Assembly: GCA_016936435.1 (NCBI GenBank) | Contig: JAFGXX010000008.1 | Location: 4,052 to 68,051, forward strand | Source of the DNA: Bacteroidales bacterium | GTDB lineage: Bacteria; Bacteroidota; Bacteroidia; Bacteroidales; VadinHA17 | Reading direction: 5' to 3' | Length of the DNA: 64,000 nucleotides | Shown here: in pieces, positions 8,724 through 17,903 of the stretch | Numbering within the stretch: position 1 is the first letter of the stretch | How the letters are laid out: every line of letters starts with the position of its first letter | Program-made: the position numbers and the translations under genes | The notes under the pieces: model-generated | The model's database searches: none | What the model was told of the DNA's origin: nothing | What the model saw: the letters and a program-made list of their open reading frames with translations, nothing else

Positions 8724-10756
8724 ACGTCGATAGCACGTTTCACAGGCTCTCTCTTAAGAACCATGGCCGTTCGGGCAGGCAGATAGAGATACAGGTACAG
8801 AGGCATATTCAGGATACCCCTTTCTGCTTTTCTGATAGATGTAAAAACCGTATTTCTGTCTATACGGTCGAAACCCCCGAAAGCAGGATCATCGGAATCG
8901 ATAAGTATCCTGAATTTACCCTTTACCGCGATACCGTAATCGGTGAAGGAGGTGGACGGATGGAAGTTGAATACGAACAGCAGATCTCCTCTTGTGAATG
9001 CTATAATTTTGTCGTGACTGTTTTCAGTTAGCCTTCCTATGTAAAGGTCATCAAGAATTCTGTATTTCTCCTGCAGTCTTACCATCGCAGCGTCGAAAGC
9101 ACCAAGATACTGGTACTTGAGTTCTTTACTCTCTGCCAGATGCCACTGCCGGCGGGCATATTTGTAGCTCCAGTTGTTTCCTTCCCTGGGGAAGTCAATC
9201 CATTCGGGATGGCCGAATTCGTTACCCATGAAGTTCAGGTAACCGCCTCCGGCAGTTGCAAATGTTAACAGCCTTATCATTTTATGCAGCGCTATCCCCC
9301 TGTCTATTACCAGGTTGTGATGCGATTTCATCATGCCATAATACATTTCGGCATCGAGCATCCTGAAAATCAGGGTTTTGTCGCCAACAAGGGCCTGGTC
9401 GTGCGATTCACAGTAGGAGATGATCTTTTCTTCAGGCCTGTGCTGTGTGAGCTCATGCATAAGATGGCCCATGTCCCAGTTTTCATCCGGGGTCTCCTTG
9501 ATAAGCTTGATCCAGAAATCGGGAACACCCATCGAAAGCCTGTAATCAAAGCCGTATCCCCCTTGTGATGTGGGTGCAGCCAGTCCGGGCATCCCGCTCA
9601 TCTCCTCAGCCACAGACAGGGCACCGGTTCTGAATTCATGGATCATTTTGTTGGCAAGGTAAAGGTATACCAGAGCATCAACATCCTGGCCGCCGTCGAA
9701 GTATTCACCGTAGGAGGTGAAATTTTTTCCAAGGCCGTGGTCATAGTAAATCATACTGGTTATGCCGTCGAACCTGAAACCGTCGAATTTGTACTCTTCA
9801 AGCCAGTACCTGCAATTTGAAAGCAGAAAGTGGATCACACTGTCTTTCCCGTAATCAAAACATAATGAATCCCATGCTATATGGTTTCTCCGGTTGCCGG
9901 TGTGAAAATACAAATCCGGGGAGCCGTCAAAGAGACCAAGGCCTTCATTCACATTTTTCACCGAATGTGAATGTACAAGATCCATGATCACCCTGAGACC
10001 TGCGCTATGTGCCGTATCTATTAGTTCCTTAAGGTCTTCGGGAGTGCCAAAGCGCGAGGAAGCAGCAAAAAAACTTGAAACATGATAACCGAAGGAGCCG
10101 TAAAAAGGATGCTCCTGAATTGCCATTAACTGTATAGTATTATATCCTGCTGCAACTATTTTAGGGATCACGTTCTCAGTAAATTCCCTGTAGGTGCCTG
10201 TTTTTTCAAACTGCGTGGCCATACCTACGTGTGCTTCGTATATAACAACCGGCGTTGTGGCCTGCGACGTGAAGGTCTCCGTCTTCCATCTGTATGGATC
10301 CCCGGGGCACCATACCTGCGCGGAAAATATCTTTGTATGTTCGTCCTGGACCACCCTGTTTGCATAAGAGGGTATCCTTTCGCCGCTTCCTCCCTTCCAG
10401 TGAACTGACAGTTTGAAAAGGTCCCCGTGGTTCAATGCCTTTAATGGCATGACAAGTTCCCAGTCTCCGTATTCGTTTATCCTGTTCATACTGAACCCGG
10501 GCATTTCTTTCCATCCCGAGAATGTTCCACTGAGCCATATATCGGTAGCATAAGGCGCAAATTCCCTGAATATCCAGTGGTCTCTTTCCCTGTGAAGGCC
10601 ATAGTAAAAATGACCCATGGAAAATTCCTGAAGAGATTTTCCGGATGTAAGGGTTCTTTCCTTCGTCCGGCATCGTTCAATACGTTCGTTAATTATTGTC
10701 CTGAATGGTGCCAGCCATTCGTCGAGGCTGTAGTAAGTGTCAGAACCGGATTTCAT
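8720..10756 (-). CDS. glgB: 1,4-alpha-glucan branching enzyme, eukaryote-like GH13 subfamily
   Basis: 678 aa. GH13 conserved regions DLVHSHS, GFRFDGITSM, AEEMSGMPG and YCESHDQALVGDKT. Confidence 0.9.
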   Translation of the reverse strand: MKSGSDTYYSLDEWLAPFRTIINERIERCRTKERTLTSGKSLQEFSMGHFYYGLHRERDHWIFREFAPYATDIWLSGTFSGWKEMPGFSMNRINEYGDWELVMPLKALNHGDLFKLSVHWKGGSGERIPSYANRVVQDEHTKIFSAQVWCPGDPYRWKTETFTSQATTPVVIYEAHVGMATQFEKTGTYREFTENVIPKIVAAGYNTIQLMAIQEHPFYGSFGYHVSSFFAASSRFGTPEDLKELIDTAHSAGLRVIMDLVHSHSVKNVNEGLGLFDGSPDLYFHTGNRRNHIAWDSLCFDYGKDSVIHFLLSNCRYWLEEYKFDGFRFDGITSMIYYDHGLGKNFTSYGEYFDGGQDVDALVYLYLANKMIHEFRTGALSVAEEMSGMPGLAAPTSQGGYGFDYRLSMGVPDFWIKLIKETPDENWDMGHLMHELTQHRPEEKIISYCESHDQALVGDKTLIFRMLDAEMYYGMMKSHHNLVIDRGIALHKMIRLLTFATAGGGYLNFMGNEFGHPEWIDFPREGNNWSYKYARRQWHLAESKELKYQYLGAFDAAMVRLQEKYRILDDLYIGRLTENSHDKIIAFTRGDLLFVFNFHPSTSFTDYGIAVKGKFRILIDSDDPAFGGFDRIDRNTVFTSIRKAERGILNMPLYLYLYLPARTAMVLKREPVKRAIDV

Positions 10757-10825
10757 AAAATCGTTATATATCCATAAAAATACAAAAACAAAATCACAAT
10801 ATCATTTCAAATAACAATGCTTTAC

Positions 10826-10833
10826 TAATTTTG
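10826..10833 (+). promoter_or_regulatory. Candidate Bacteroidota -7 promoter box (TAATTTTG) for ribF
   Basis: Exact match to TAnnTTTG, 19 nt upstream of ATG 10852. It overlaps the TTG at 10831 used by the ORF track, which favours the ATG start. Confidence 0.4.
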
Positions 10834-10851
10834 CACCATCATCACGGAATT

Positions 10852-11796
10852 ATGCAGATACACCACGGATATACTGACCCCGGATTCGTTAAACCTGTCG
10901 TAACGATGGGTATTTTCGACGGAGTACACCGCGGTCACAGGGTTCTTATCGATGCCCTGGTGAGACGTGCTGCAGATAAGGGGGGGGAGTCAGTGGTTAT
11001 TACTTTTGACCCTCATCCCAGGCTGGTGGTTTCTGAAGAAAAGAAATCTCTGTCTTTCCTTTCCTCCACGGAAGAGAAGATAAAGCTCCTTGAGGAGGCC
11101 TCTGTGGATCATCTTGTTGTATTGAAGTTTACCCCGGCTCTAAGCAGGATGAGTGCCAGTGATTTTGTAGAAAAGATACTTGTCCGAAGGATAGGTACCA
11201 GCCACATTGTGATGGGACATGATCATCATTTCGGCTACCGCGGCGAAGGTAATTATAATACTGTAAATGAATATGCAGGGAAGTCGGGTTTCGTGGTTGA
11301 AGAAGTTGCAGGACTCAGGTCGGGAAAAGGCTTTGTCAGTTCGTCGCTGATACGGGAAGCTTTGCTGAAAGGAGACCTTAATAATGCGAATAAATGGCTG
11401 GGATACAGCTATAAGCTGAGGGGCACGGTAGTGGCAGGTAAAAAGCTCGGGAGGAAACTGGGCTATCCTACAGCAAACATAAAGCCCCTGTACAGGTATA
11501 AGCTGATCCCCGGTGACGGAGTATATGCCGTTGAAATTGAGGTGAGTGGCAGAACGAAGCCGGGGATGCTCAGCATAGGTTCCAATCCGACCGTGAATAC
11601 TATAAAAGGAAGAAAACATATAGAGGTTCATATATTTGATTTCGAAGAAGATATTTACGGTGAAGAAATTGAGGTGTTTTTCAGGTACCGTCTGAGAGAT
11701 GAGATAAGGTTCAGTACTTTAGAAGAGCTCACCCTTCAGATGGACAGGGACAGAAGTGTGGCTTTGAACCTCCTGTCGGGAACAAAATCAGGGTAA
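10852..11796 (+). CDS. ribF: Bifunctional riboflavin kinase / FAD synthetase
   Basis: GIFDGVHRGHRVLI nucleotidyltransferase motif and a C-terminal riboflavin kinase domain (GYPTANI, GSNPT). Start moved from TTG 10831 to ATG 10852. Confidence 0.9.
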   Translation: MQIHHGYTDPGFVKPVVTMGIFDGVHRGHRVLIDALVRRAADKGGESVVITFDPHPRLVVSEEKKSLSFLSSTEEKIKLLEEASVDHLVVLKFTPALSRMSASDFVEKILVRRIGTSHIVMGHDHHFGYRGEGNYNTVNEYAGKSGFVVEEVAGLRSGKGFVSSSLIREALLKGDLNNANKWLGYSYKLRGTVVAGKKLGRKLGYPTANIKPLYRYKLIPGDGVYAVEIEVSGRTKPGMLSIGSNPTVNTIKGRKHIEVHIFDFEEDIYGEEIEVFFRYRLRDEIRFSTLEELTLQMDRDRSVALNLLSGTKSG

Positions 11797-11802
11797 TTTT
11801 GT

Positions 11803-11810
11803 TAACTTTG
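11803..11810 (+). promoter_or_regulatory. Candidate -7 promoter box (TAACTTTG) for ahcY
   Basis: Exact TAnnTTTG match 20 nt upstream of ATG 11830. A second overlapping match, TAATTTTG, lies at 11794-11801. Confidence 0.4.
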
Positions 11811-11829
11811 CAATTCTAATAATAAGCTA

Positions 11830-13245
11830 ATGACTTTAGTAAAGGAAAAGATGGAATATAAGGTAAAGGATATCTCTCTTGCCGGATTTGGCAGGAAGGA
11901 AATAGAGATAGCTGAGAAAGAAATGCCGGGACTTTTGTCTATCAGGAATAAGTATTCAAAGGAAAAGCCTCTCAGCGGAGCCCGGATAACAGGTTCGCTT
12001 CACATGACCATACAGACTGCAGTTCTCATTGAGACCCTGAAGGAACTGGGTGCCGATATAAGATGGGCAAGCTGTAACATCTTTTCAACACAGGATCACG
12101 CAGCAGCAGCTGTTGCAGCGGCAGGAATACCCGTATTTGCATGGAAGGGAGAGACACTTGAGGAATACTGGTGGTGTACTTCACAGGCACTTTCATTTCC
12201 CGGAGGCAAGGGACCTCATCTCATTGTCGACGATGGCGGAGATGCATCTCTCATGGTACATCTCGGTTACAAAGCTGAAAACGACCCATCCATCCTCGAC
12301 AGGAAAGCGGCAAACAGGGAACAGGCAATAATATTCTCAACACTAAAGGAACTTCTGGTAAGCGAACCCGGGAAATGGCATCGTACTGTTGCGGAAATGA
12401 AAGGTATTTCGGAAGAGACCACCACAGGTGTGCACAGACTTTACCAGATGCTCGATCATGGCGAACTGCTTGTACCTGCTATTAATGTTAACGATTCAGT
12501 CACGAAATCAAAATTCGACAATCTGTACGGATGCCGCGAATCGCTGGCTGACGGAATAAAGAGAGCTACCGACGTTATGATAGCCGGCAAAGTCGTAGTG
12601 GTTTGTGGTTATGGCGACGTAGGCAAAGGATCAGCAAAATCGATGAGGTCGTACGGAGCAAGGGTTATCGTAACCGAGGTGGATCCGATATGTGCCCTTC
12701 AGGCGGCCATGGAGGGATTTGAAGTGAAAACTGTTGAAGACAGCCTTCCTGAAGGCAACATTTTTGTTACCGCCACAGGTAACAGGGATGTGATAACAGT
12801 GGAGCACATGAAAAAGATGAAAGACCAGTCGATAGTCTGTAACATTGGTCATTTCGATAATGAGATACAGGTTGATCTGCTGAACGAAGTTGAAGGAATA
12901 GAAAAGATAACTATCAAGCCTCAGGTTGACAAATACGTGTTCCCCGACGGACATGCAATTTTCATGCTTGCTGAAGGCCGCCTGGTAAACCTGGGCTGTG
13001 CCACGGGTCATCCTTCTTTTGTGATGAGCAATTCATTCAGCAACCAGACCCTTGCACAGATCGACCTCTGGAAAACTGATTACAAGATTGGTGTTTACAG
13101 GCTCCCGAAATACCTTGATGAAGAAGTTGCAAGACTGCACCTCGAGCATCTGGGCGTTAAGCTGACGAAAATGACGCAGGAACAGGCTGAATACATAGGT
13201 GTACCTGAGGAAGGCCCCTATAAACCCGACCATTACAGGTATTAG
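11830..13245 (+). CDS. ahcY: Adenosylhomocysteinase (S-adenosyl-L-homocysteine hydrolase)
   Basis: 471 aa with full-length similarity to SAHH: [14 protein letters not shown], the NAD-binding [10 protein letters not shown], and C-terminal PDHYRY. Confidence 0.95.
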   Translation: MTLVKEKMEYKVKDISLAGFGRKEIEIAEKEMPGLLSIRNKYSKEKPLSGARITGSLHMTIQTAVLIETLKELGADIRWASCNIFSTQDHAAAAVAAAGIPVFAWKGETLEEYWWCTSQALSFPGGKGPHLIVDDGGDASLMVHLGYKAENDPSILDRKAANREQAIIFSTLKELLVSEPGKWHRTVAEMKGISEETTTGVHRLYQMLDHGELLVPAINVNDSVTKSKFDNLYGCRESLADGIKRATDVMIAGKVVVVCGYGDVGKGSAKSMRSYGARVIVTEVDPICALQAAMEGFEVKTVEDSLPEGNIFVTATGNRDVITVEHMKKMKDQSIVCNIGHFDNEIQVDLLNEVEGIEKITIKPQVDKYVFPDGHAIFMLAEGRLVNLGCATGHPSFVMSNSFSNQTLAQIDLWKTDYKIGVYRLPKYLDEEVARLHLEHLGVKLTKMTQEQAEYIGVPEEGPYKPDHYRY

Positions 13246-13718
13246 TAGTTGTTCCAGACCCGGAGATACCGGCCGTTAAGACTTGTCCTGTAATTTTTTA
13301 AGGGGTATTTACCGGGGCCGGAGGCGGGAGTCCCGAAAGCTGCAAGAGCGTAGGTGGTACCACATTCAGGGCACACGGCTATTGTAAAATCTATGTCCAC
13401 CTTGACACTCAATCCGTTTTCAACATAATCGTGAGGACAGGTTCTGTCGTACGCATAGTAGCCGTCGGCCCCTGAATAAATTATTATGCCATTATCGTCG
13501 AACCCTCCGGCATATCTCCTGTAATCAATCCTGAGATCGTAAGCATCAACGGTGTCAGATCCGATTATCCCGTAAATACCCGGAAAATCCATGAGGTCGA
13601 TAGTGAAATCAACGTAAGTGTCAGGAATAACGTCATTTTCTTCTCTTTCACATGATATGACGAAAAAGACTATTGCAGACGAAAAGAAAAAAAACCTTAT
13701 TTTTGAAAAAATGGTCAT
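13242..13718 (-). CDS. Small lipoprotein with a Rieske-like C-x-H...C-x-x-C motif, function unknown
   Basis: 158 aa. Signal peptide ending in the lipobox VISC. C94-P-H96 and C116-P-E-C119-G, spaced as in Rieske boxes but with Cys at the second His position. Confidence 0.6.
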   Translation of the reverse strand: MTIFSKIRFFFFSSAIVFFVISCEREENDVIPDTYVDFTIDLMDFPGIYGIIGSDTVDAYDLRIDYRRYAGGFDDNGIIIYSGADGYYAYDRTCPHDYVENGLSVKVDIDFTIAVCPECGTTYALAAFGTPASGPGKYPLKNYRTSLNGRYLRVWNNY

Positions 13719-13801
13719 CCCCTCTGATGTGTTGGTACAAAAATAGCATTAACCACTGAAGAGTAACGAATCAGGGTGCAGGTTTATTTTAAATAATTAT
13801 A

Positions 13802-14191
13802 ATGAAGATCAGTTCACTTATCAGGTATTTCTCTTTATCTCTTTTAATGTGCCTTGCAGCATCGGTGTGTGATGCTCAGTCCTTTGACCGGCCGCCGCGT
13901 CCAAAACAGCAGAAGCACGTAACGAAAAAACCCCTCAATAAAAAAGAAACAAAAATCACCGGCTCACGAACTGTGGTAAAGGCGCAGAAGAAACAAGCCG
14001 CTAACGACAAAAGGCTTAAAAAGGAATATGCACAGTATGTGGAGGAAAACAGAAAACGGTCCTTTGAAATTCAGACTCCGGAGGTAAGGGAAAGAATGAA
14101 ACAGAATGTGAAGGATGCTGATAAGAGGGCAAAGGAAAAACGAAAGGCAATAGCTGCAGCCAACCGTAAGTCAGCAAGAAAATACAGGTAA
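13802..14191 (+). CDS. Small secreted, highly Lys/Arg-rich protein, function unknown
   Basis: 129 aa. Cleavable-looking signal peptide (…AASVCDAQ), then a K/R/E-rich low-complexity region. Confidence 0.55.
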   Translation: MKISSLIRYFSLSLLMCLAASVCDAQSFDRPPRPKQQKHVTKKPLNKKETKITGSRTVVKAQKKQAANDKRLKKEYAQYVEENRKRSFEIQTPEVRERMKQNVKDADKRAKEKRKAIAAANRKSARKYR

Positions 14192-14264
14192 AATAAGTAC
14201 AGAATCATTAAAATGTAAACATCTTATTTACAGGTTTCTTTTTGTAATTGAATAAATAATTCAT

Positions 14265-14272
14265 TATATTTG
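14265..14272 (+). promoter_or_regulatory. Candidate -7 promoter box (TATATTTG) upstream of greA
   Basis: Exact TAnnTTTG match, 4 nt upstream of the hairpin at 14276. Confidence 0.4.
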
Positions 14273-14275
14273 TAT

Positions 14276-14316
14276 GATGAAGAGTTCCGGAAACCCCGGA
14301 ATTCTTCATCTTTTTT
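14276..14316 (+). terminator. Intrinsic-terminator-like hairpin in the greA leader
   Basis: GATGAAGAGTTCCGG / CCGGAATTCTTCATC gives a 15-bp stem (one G.U), a 5-nt loop AAACC, then T6. It ends 15 nt before the greA ATG. Confidence 0.75.
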
Positions 14317-14331
14317 AACGCTTAACGGGAC

Positions 14332-14805
14332 ATGTCAGAGGTTATATACAATACGGAAGAAGGTCTTCAGAAGTTGAAAGATGAACTTGAACAGCTCAGG
14401 ACTGTTGAAAGGCCAATGATAGTCCGCCTTCTATCTGATGCACGTGATAAAGGCGATCTTACCGAGAATGCTGAATATTCTGCAGCCAAAGAAGCTCAGG
14501 GAATGCTCGAAGCAAAAATCTCAAAGCTTGAAGATGTAGTTGCACGTACCAGGATAATAGATGAGTCGAAGATAGATACCTCCTCTGTCAGAATATTGAA
14601 CAGGGTGAAGATCAGGAACAGGAAAAACAACATGGTCATGGAATACCAGCTTGTCCCTGAGTCGGAAGCAGACCTTAAACAGGGTAAACTCGCGGTTAGC
14701 TCACCGATTGCCATGGGACTGATAGGTAAAAAGGTGGGTGAAGTTGTAGATATTAAAGTCCCGTCAGGCATCATACCCTTTGAAATAATTGCTATTTCAC
14801 TGTAA
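14332..14805 (+). CDS. greA: Transcription elongation factor GreA
   Basis: 157 aa. N-terminal coiled-coil with DLTENAEYSAAKEAQ and a C-terminal FKBP-like domain (SPIAMGLIGKKVGE). Confidence 0.93.
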   Translation: MSEVIYNTEEGLQKLKDELEQLRTVERPMIVRLLSDARDKGDLTENAEYSAAKEAQGMLEAKISKLEDVVARTRIIDESKIDTSSVRILNRVKIRNRKNNMVMEYQLVPESEADLKQGKLAVSSPIAMGLIGKKVGEVVDIKVPSGIIPFEIIAISL

Positions 14806-14822
14806 TAAACCTTATATAGGTC

Positions 14823-15224
14823 ATGGCATCAATTTTCACGAAAATTATCAGTGGGGAGATACCCTGTTATGAGGTTGCCGGGGATGAGAGGTTTTTTGCA
14901 TTCCTCGACATAAACCCCCTGAGAGAAGGACATACCCTGGTAGTCCCCAGGCAGGAAACCGACTATATTTTTGATCTTGACGACGACATGCTCGCCGGGA
15001 TGATCGTTTTTTCAAAAAAAGTGGCCTCTGCGATCAGAACCGTCATACCATGTAACAGGATAGGAGTGGCAGTACTGGGTCTCGAAGTACCTCATGCTCA
15101 TATTCATCTTGTGCCCATGGATTCAATGGATGATGTAAACTTCCGTAATCCCAAGCTCAGGTTTACCCCGGAGCAGTTCAAAGCTACTGCAGAAAAAATC
15201 CGAAATGCATTCCTGATAAAATAA
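14823..15224 (+). CDS. HIT-family (histidine triad) nucleotide hydrolase
   Basis: 133 aa. The HAHIHLVP triad and GHTLVVPR are present. Confidence 0.9.
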   Translation: MASIFTKIISGEIPCYEVAGDERFFAFLDINPLREGHTLVVPRQETDYIFDLDDDMLAGMIVFSKKVASAIRTVIPCNRIGVAVLGLEVPHAHIHLVPMDSMDDVNFRNPKLRFTPEQFKATAEKIRNAFLIK

Positions 15225-15255
15225 TATATCTTTACAGAATAATTCATCTCGCTGC

Positions 15256-15957
15256 ATGAGTTATCTGTATGATCTCTGGGATGACTTCATAAGTCTTCTT
15301 TATCCGCGACTTTGCTATGCCTGTGGCAACGAGCTGCTGCGAAGCGAAAGGTTAATCTGTACGGAATGCTGTATCCTTATTCCTGTAACCGGCTACCACC
15401 TGGTTGAGGATAATCCTGTAGCCAGGCTTTTCTGGGGTCGCTGCCGGATCGAGAGAGCTGCAGCTTATTCCTTTTACAACAAGGACAGCAGGATAAGAAA
15501 GCTGATCCATAATCTTAAATACAAAGGGATAAAGGAAATAGGACCCGAAATGGGAAGAATTTATGGTCTTTCACTCCAGGATACAGCTTTCATTAACGGT
15601 ATAGATATTATTATACCTGTTCCGCTTCACCCTTCGAAGAAGAGAATCAGGGGTTTTAACCAGAGTGAACTTATTGCAGCGGGACTTTCGGAGGTTACAG
15701 GAATACCTTCTGATACGGGAATAGTTGCAAGAACTGCCCGGTCAGCAACACAGACAAAAAGATCGCGTTATGAAAGATGGGTCAATGTTGAAGGCATTTT
15801 CACTGTTGAAAGGCCTGATCTGATTGCAGGAAAGCACCTTCTTCTTATCGATGATGTTATAACAACAGGATCAACAATGGAGTCATGTGCTGTTGAACTG
15901 CTGAAGACGGAGGGAGTAAAGGTCAGTGTGGCTTCACTGGCTGTGGCTCTGGTGTGA
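15256..15957 (+). CDS. ComF-family phosphoribosyltransferase-domain protein
   Basis: 233 aa. N-terminal Cys-x2-Cys pairs and the PRTase motif LLLIDDVITTGST. Confidence 0.85.
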   Translation: MSYLYDLWDDFISLLYPRLCYACGNELLRSERLICTECCILIPVTGYHLVEDNPVARLFWGRCRIERAAAYSFYNKDSRIRKLIHNLKYKGIKEIGPEMGRIYGLSLQDTAFINGIDIIIPVPLHPSKKRIRGFNQSELIAAGLSEVTGIPSDTGIVARTARSATQTKRSRYERWVNVEGIFTVERPDLIAGKHLLLIDDVITTGSTMESCAVELLKTEGVKVSVASLAVALV

Positions 15958-15968
15958 GAAGATGAGTT

Positions 15969-16529
15969 TCATTTCATCCTGTCAGGATTACGTTTCATGA
16001 AATCCTTCCATCCCGAATAGGATGTTTCATTTACAGGATTATCTGACTGGAAAAAATGGCACACGGCAGCTGCCAGGCCGTCGGTGGCATCAAGTTTAAT
16101 GTCTTTCTTACTGAATTTCAGAATGCTCATGAGCATAGCTGCAACCTGTTCCTTTGAGGCAGCACCCTGACCCGTAATAGACATTTTTATTTTTCTGGGA
16201 GCATATTCGAATATAGGTAAGGAACGCGTTAGTGCTGCAGCTATGGCTGCACCCTGCGCCCTGCCAAGCTTTAGCATCGACTGGACATTCTTGCCGTAGA
16301 AGGGAGCTTCAATGGCCAGCTCATCCGGATGATACTCATCTATGATGCCCTGTATCCTCTCAAATATGTGTTTTAGCTTAATATAATGATCGCCCAGCTT
16401 TGACAGATCGATGGTGCCGATGGCTATAAGCTCGGGATTTTTGCCTGCAGCTTTTATGACACCATACCCTGTCACATTTGTCCCGGGATCGATGCCCAGG
16501 ATGATCTTTTCTTGAGGCCCTGACTTCAA
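15969..16529 (-). CDS. ruvC: Crossover junction endodeoxyribonuclease RuvC
   Basis: 186 aa with [16 protein letters not shown] and the RuvC catalytic core. Apparent TTG start directly abuts the upstream stop codon (TAATTG on the minus strand). Confidence 0.9.
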   Translation of the reverse strand: MKSGPQEKIILGIDPGTNVTGYGVIKAAGKNPELIAIGTIDLSKLGDHYIKLKHIFERIQGIIDEYHPDELAIEAPFYGKNVQSMLKLGRAQGAAIAAALTRSLPIFEYAPRKIKMSITGQGAASKEQVAAMLMSILKFSKKDIKLDATDGLAAAVCHFFQSDNPVNETSYSGWKDFMKRNPDRMK

Positions 16530-17855
16530 TTATTTAATCGGTGGATTAATCTGTTTATCCAGGTCAAACATGTTGTTTGTCCATGACGGCCTTTCAGAGA
16601 ACTGTGGCAGCTTCCTGAAACTTCCGCTTCCCTTTTCGGAAAATGCCCCCGTTTTCAGGTAATGTATGGCCTCACTCAGGCTGGCTTCATCTTTGTCGCT
16701 GAAATCACGGGTAATATCATCTACAGCCTTTTTCTCAGGAGCAATACCGTCGTAGTATTCCCCTTCGCCCAGTGAGTTTACAAGTTTAAAGGTGATGGGA
16801 CAGAAAATATATTTATTCCCGCAGATCCATCCATCCATGCCCATGGGTTTTCCATCGGTGGTGTCGCCCACGCTCACAACATCGATATGAGGTTCAAGGC
16901 CGTTCATTACCGCCTCACTCGCCGATGCTGTGAGCCGGGTGGTTATTGCAACAAGCCGGTTAATGTTGAGTGAATTCACTAGTGAAAGGAAAGGAAAGGA
17001 ACTATTTTCCGACTGCCATTTGTCATTATACTCCTGCATCGCAAATGTTTTACCCGACAGTGAATTGCCTCCTATATAACTCGCAAGTTGCTGGGCAATA
17101 TATACATAGCCGCCCGAATTATACCTGAGGTCGAGTATGAGGTCCTGAACATTGTGTTGTTTGAAGAAGGCAAATGCAGTTGCAAGTTCCTGTTCCGAAG
17201 GTTCAATGAATGATTCAAATACCAGATGTCCGGCTACCTTCGTTTTTTCTGCATCAAGACAGATTGTATCATAAAGTATTACCGAGTTAACCGAAAATGA
17301 GGCTTTTGTAGATGTGATCGTAAGCTCTGTCCCTTCAGGATTCTCAAAGACGAAGGTGTTTGTAACACCTGCTTCAGGAGGTCCGAAAGCAGTGTTATAG
17401 GCCTGTGCATCGTTGTTAATCAATATCTGGGCAATGTTATATCCGTTTACACTTTTGATCTTCCAGCCCCGTCTGACACCATTGGAGTAAAGAGGAGCAT
17501 TTTTGTAAATCTGTGCTATCCTTGCCGTATTGTCGTCAGCCAGCCCTACCCTGATACCATGTCCGACGAAAGTGCCTCCCATTTCACTTATGAACTCCTC
17601 ATAATCAGCAACGAAACTCCATCTGTCGAGTTCGCGGTAGCGCATCGCTTCGAGAAGATCGTAGGGATCGGAATAGTTCAGCCTGTCGACTGCCGGCATC
17701 AGATCGTACCAGTAGTAAAAGGCCTTCATCACATAGTAAAGTGTGTCGCGTGCCTGTTCAGGGGTGACACCGGTTTCGACCGGTGGTATGTCTTCTTTTT
17801 TGCAGGATCCTAACAAAAGTGTTGCAAGGATCAGCAGAAAAAATATCTTTTTCAT
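16530..17855 (-). CDS. S41-family (C-terminal processing / tail-specific) peptidase lipoprotein
   Basis: 441 aa. Lipoprotein signal (LLGSC), DLRYNSGGYV and TASASEAVMNGL, which are characteristic of S41 peptidases. Confidence 0.8.
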   Translation of the reverse strand: MKKIFFLLILATLLLGSCKKEDIPPVETGVTPEQARDTLYYVMKAFYYWYDLMPAVDRLNYSDPYDLLEAMRYRELDRWSFVADYEEFISEMGGTFVGHGIRVGLADDNTARIAQIYKNAPLYSNGVRRGWKIKSVNGYNIAQILINNDAQAYNTAFGPPEAGVTNTFVFENPEGTELTITSTKASFSVNSVILYDTICLDAEKTKVAGHLVFESFIEPSEQELATAFAFFKQHNVQDLILDLRYNSGGYVYIAQQLASYIGGNSLSGKTFAMQEYNDKWQSENSSFPFLSLVNSLNINRLVAITTRLTASASEAVMNGLEPHIDVVSVGDTTDGKPMGMDGWICGNKYIFCPITFKLVNSLGEGEYYDGIAPEKKAVDDITRDFSDKDEASLSEAIHYLKTGAFSEKGSGSFRKLPQFSERPSWTNNMFDLDKQINPPIK

Positions 17856-17903
17856 CTTAATTGAATATTAATCTTCAGGAAAACGTTGTAAAGATAACAA
17901 AAA

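Noticed and set aside
10831-10851. An N-terminal MHHHHGI extension (natural His-run) on RibF from a TTG start.
   Set aside because: The TTG sits inside an exact TAnnTTTG promoter box, and a good ATG follows at 10852. The extension is probably untranslated. The upstream extensions on carB (38150-38203), GH97 (21972-22019), folA (24739-24786), argR (38222-38242) and the permease (50211-50240) were trimmed as well.
11797-11829. A possible SAH riboswitch upstream of ahcY.
   Set aside because: Only 33 nt separate ribF and ahcY. That is too short for the SAH element, and promoter-like boxes occupy the space.
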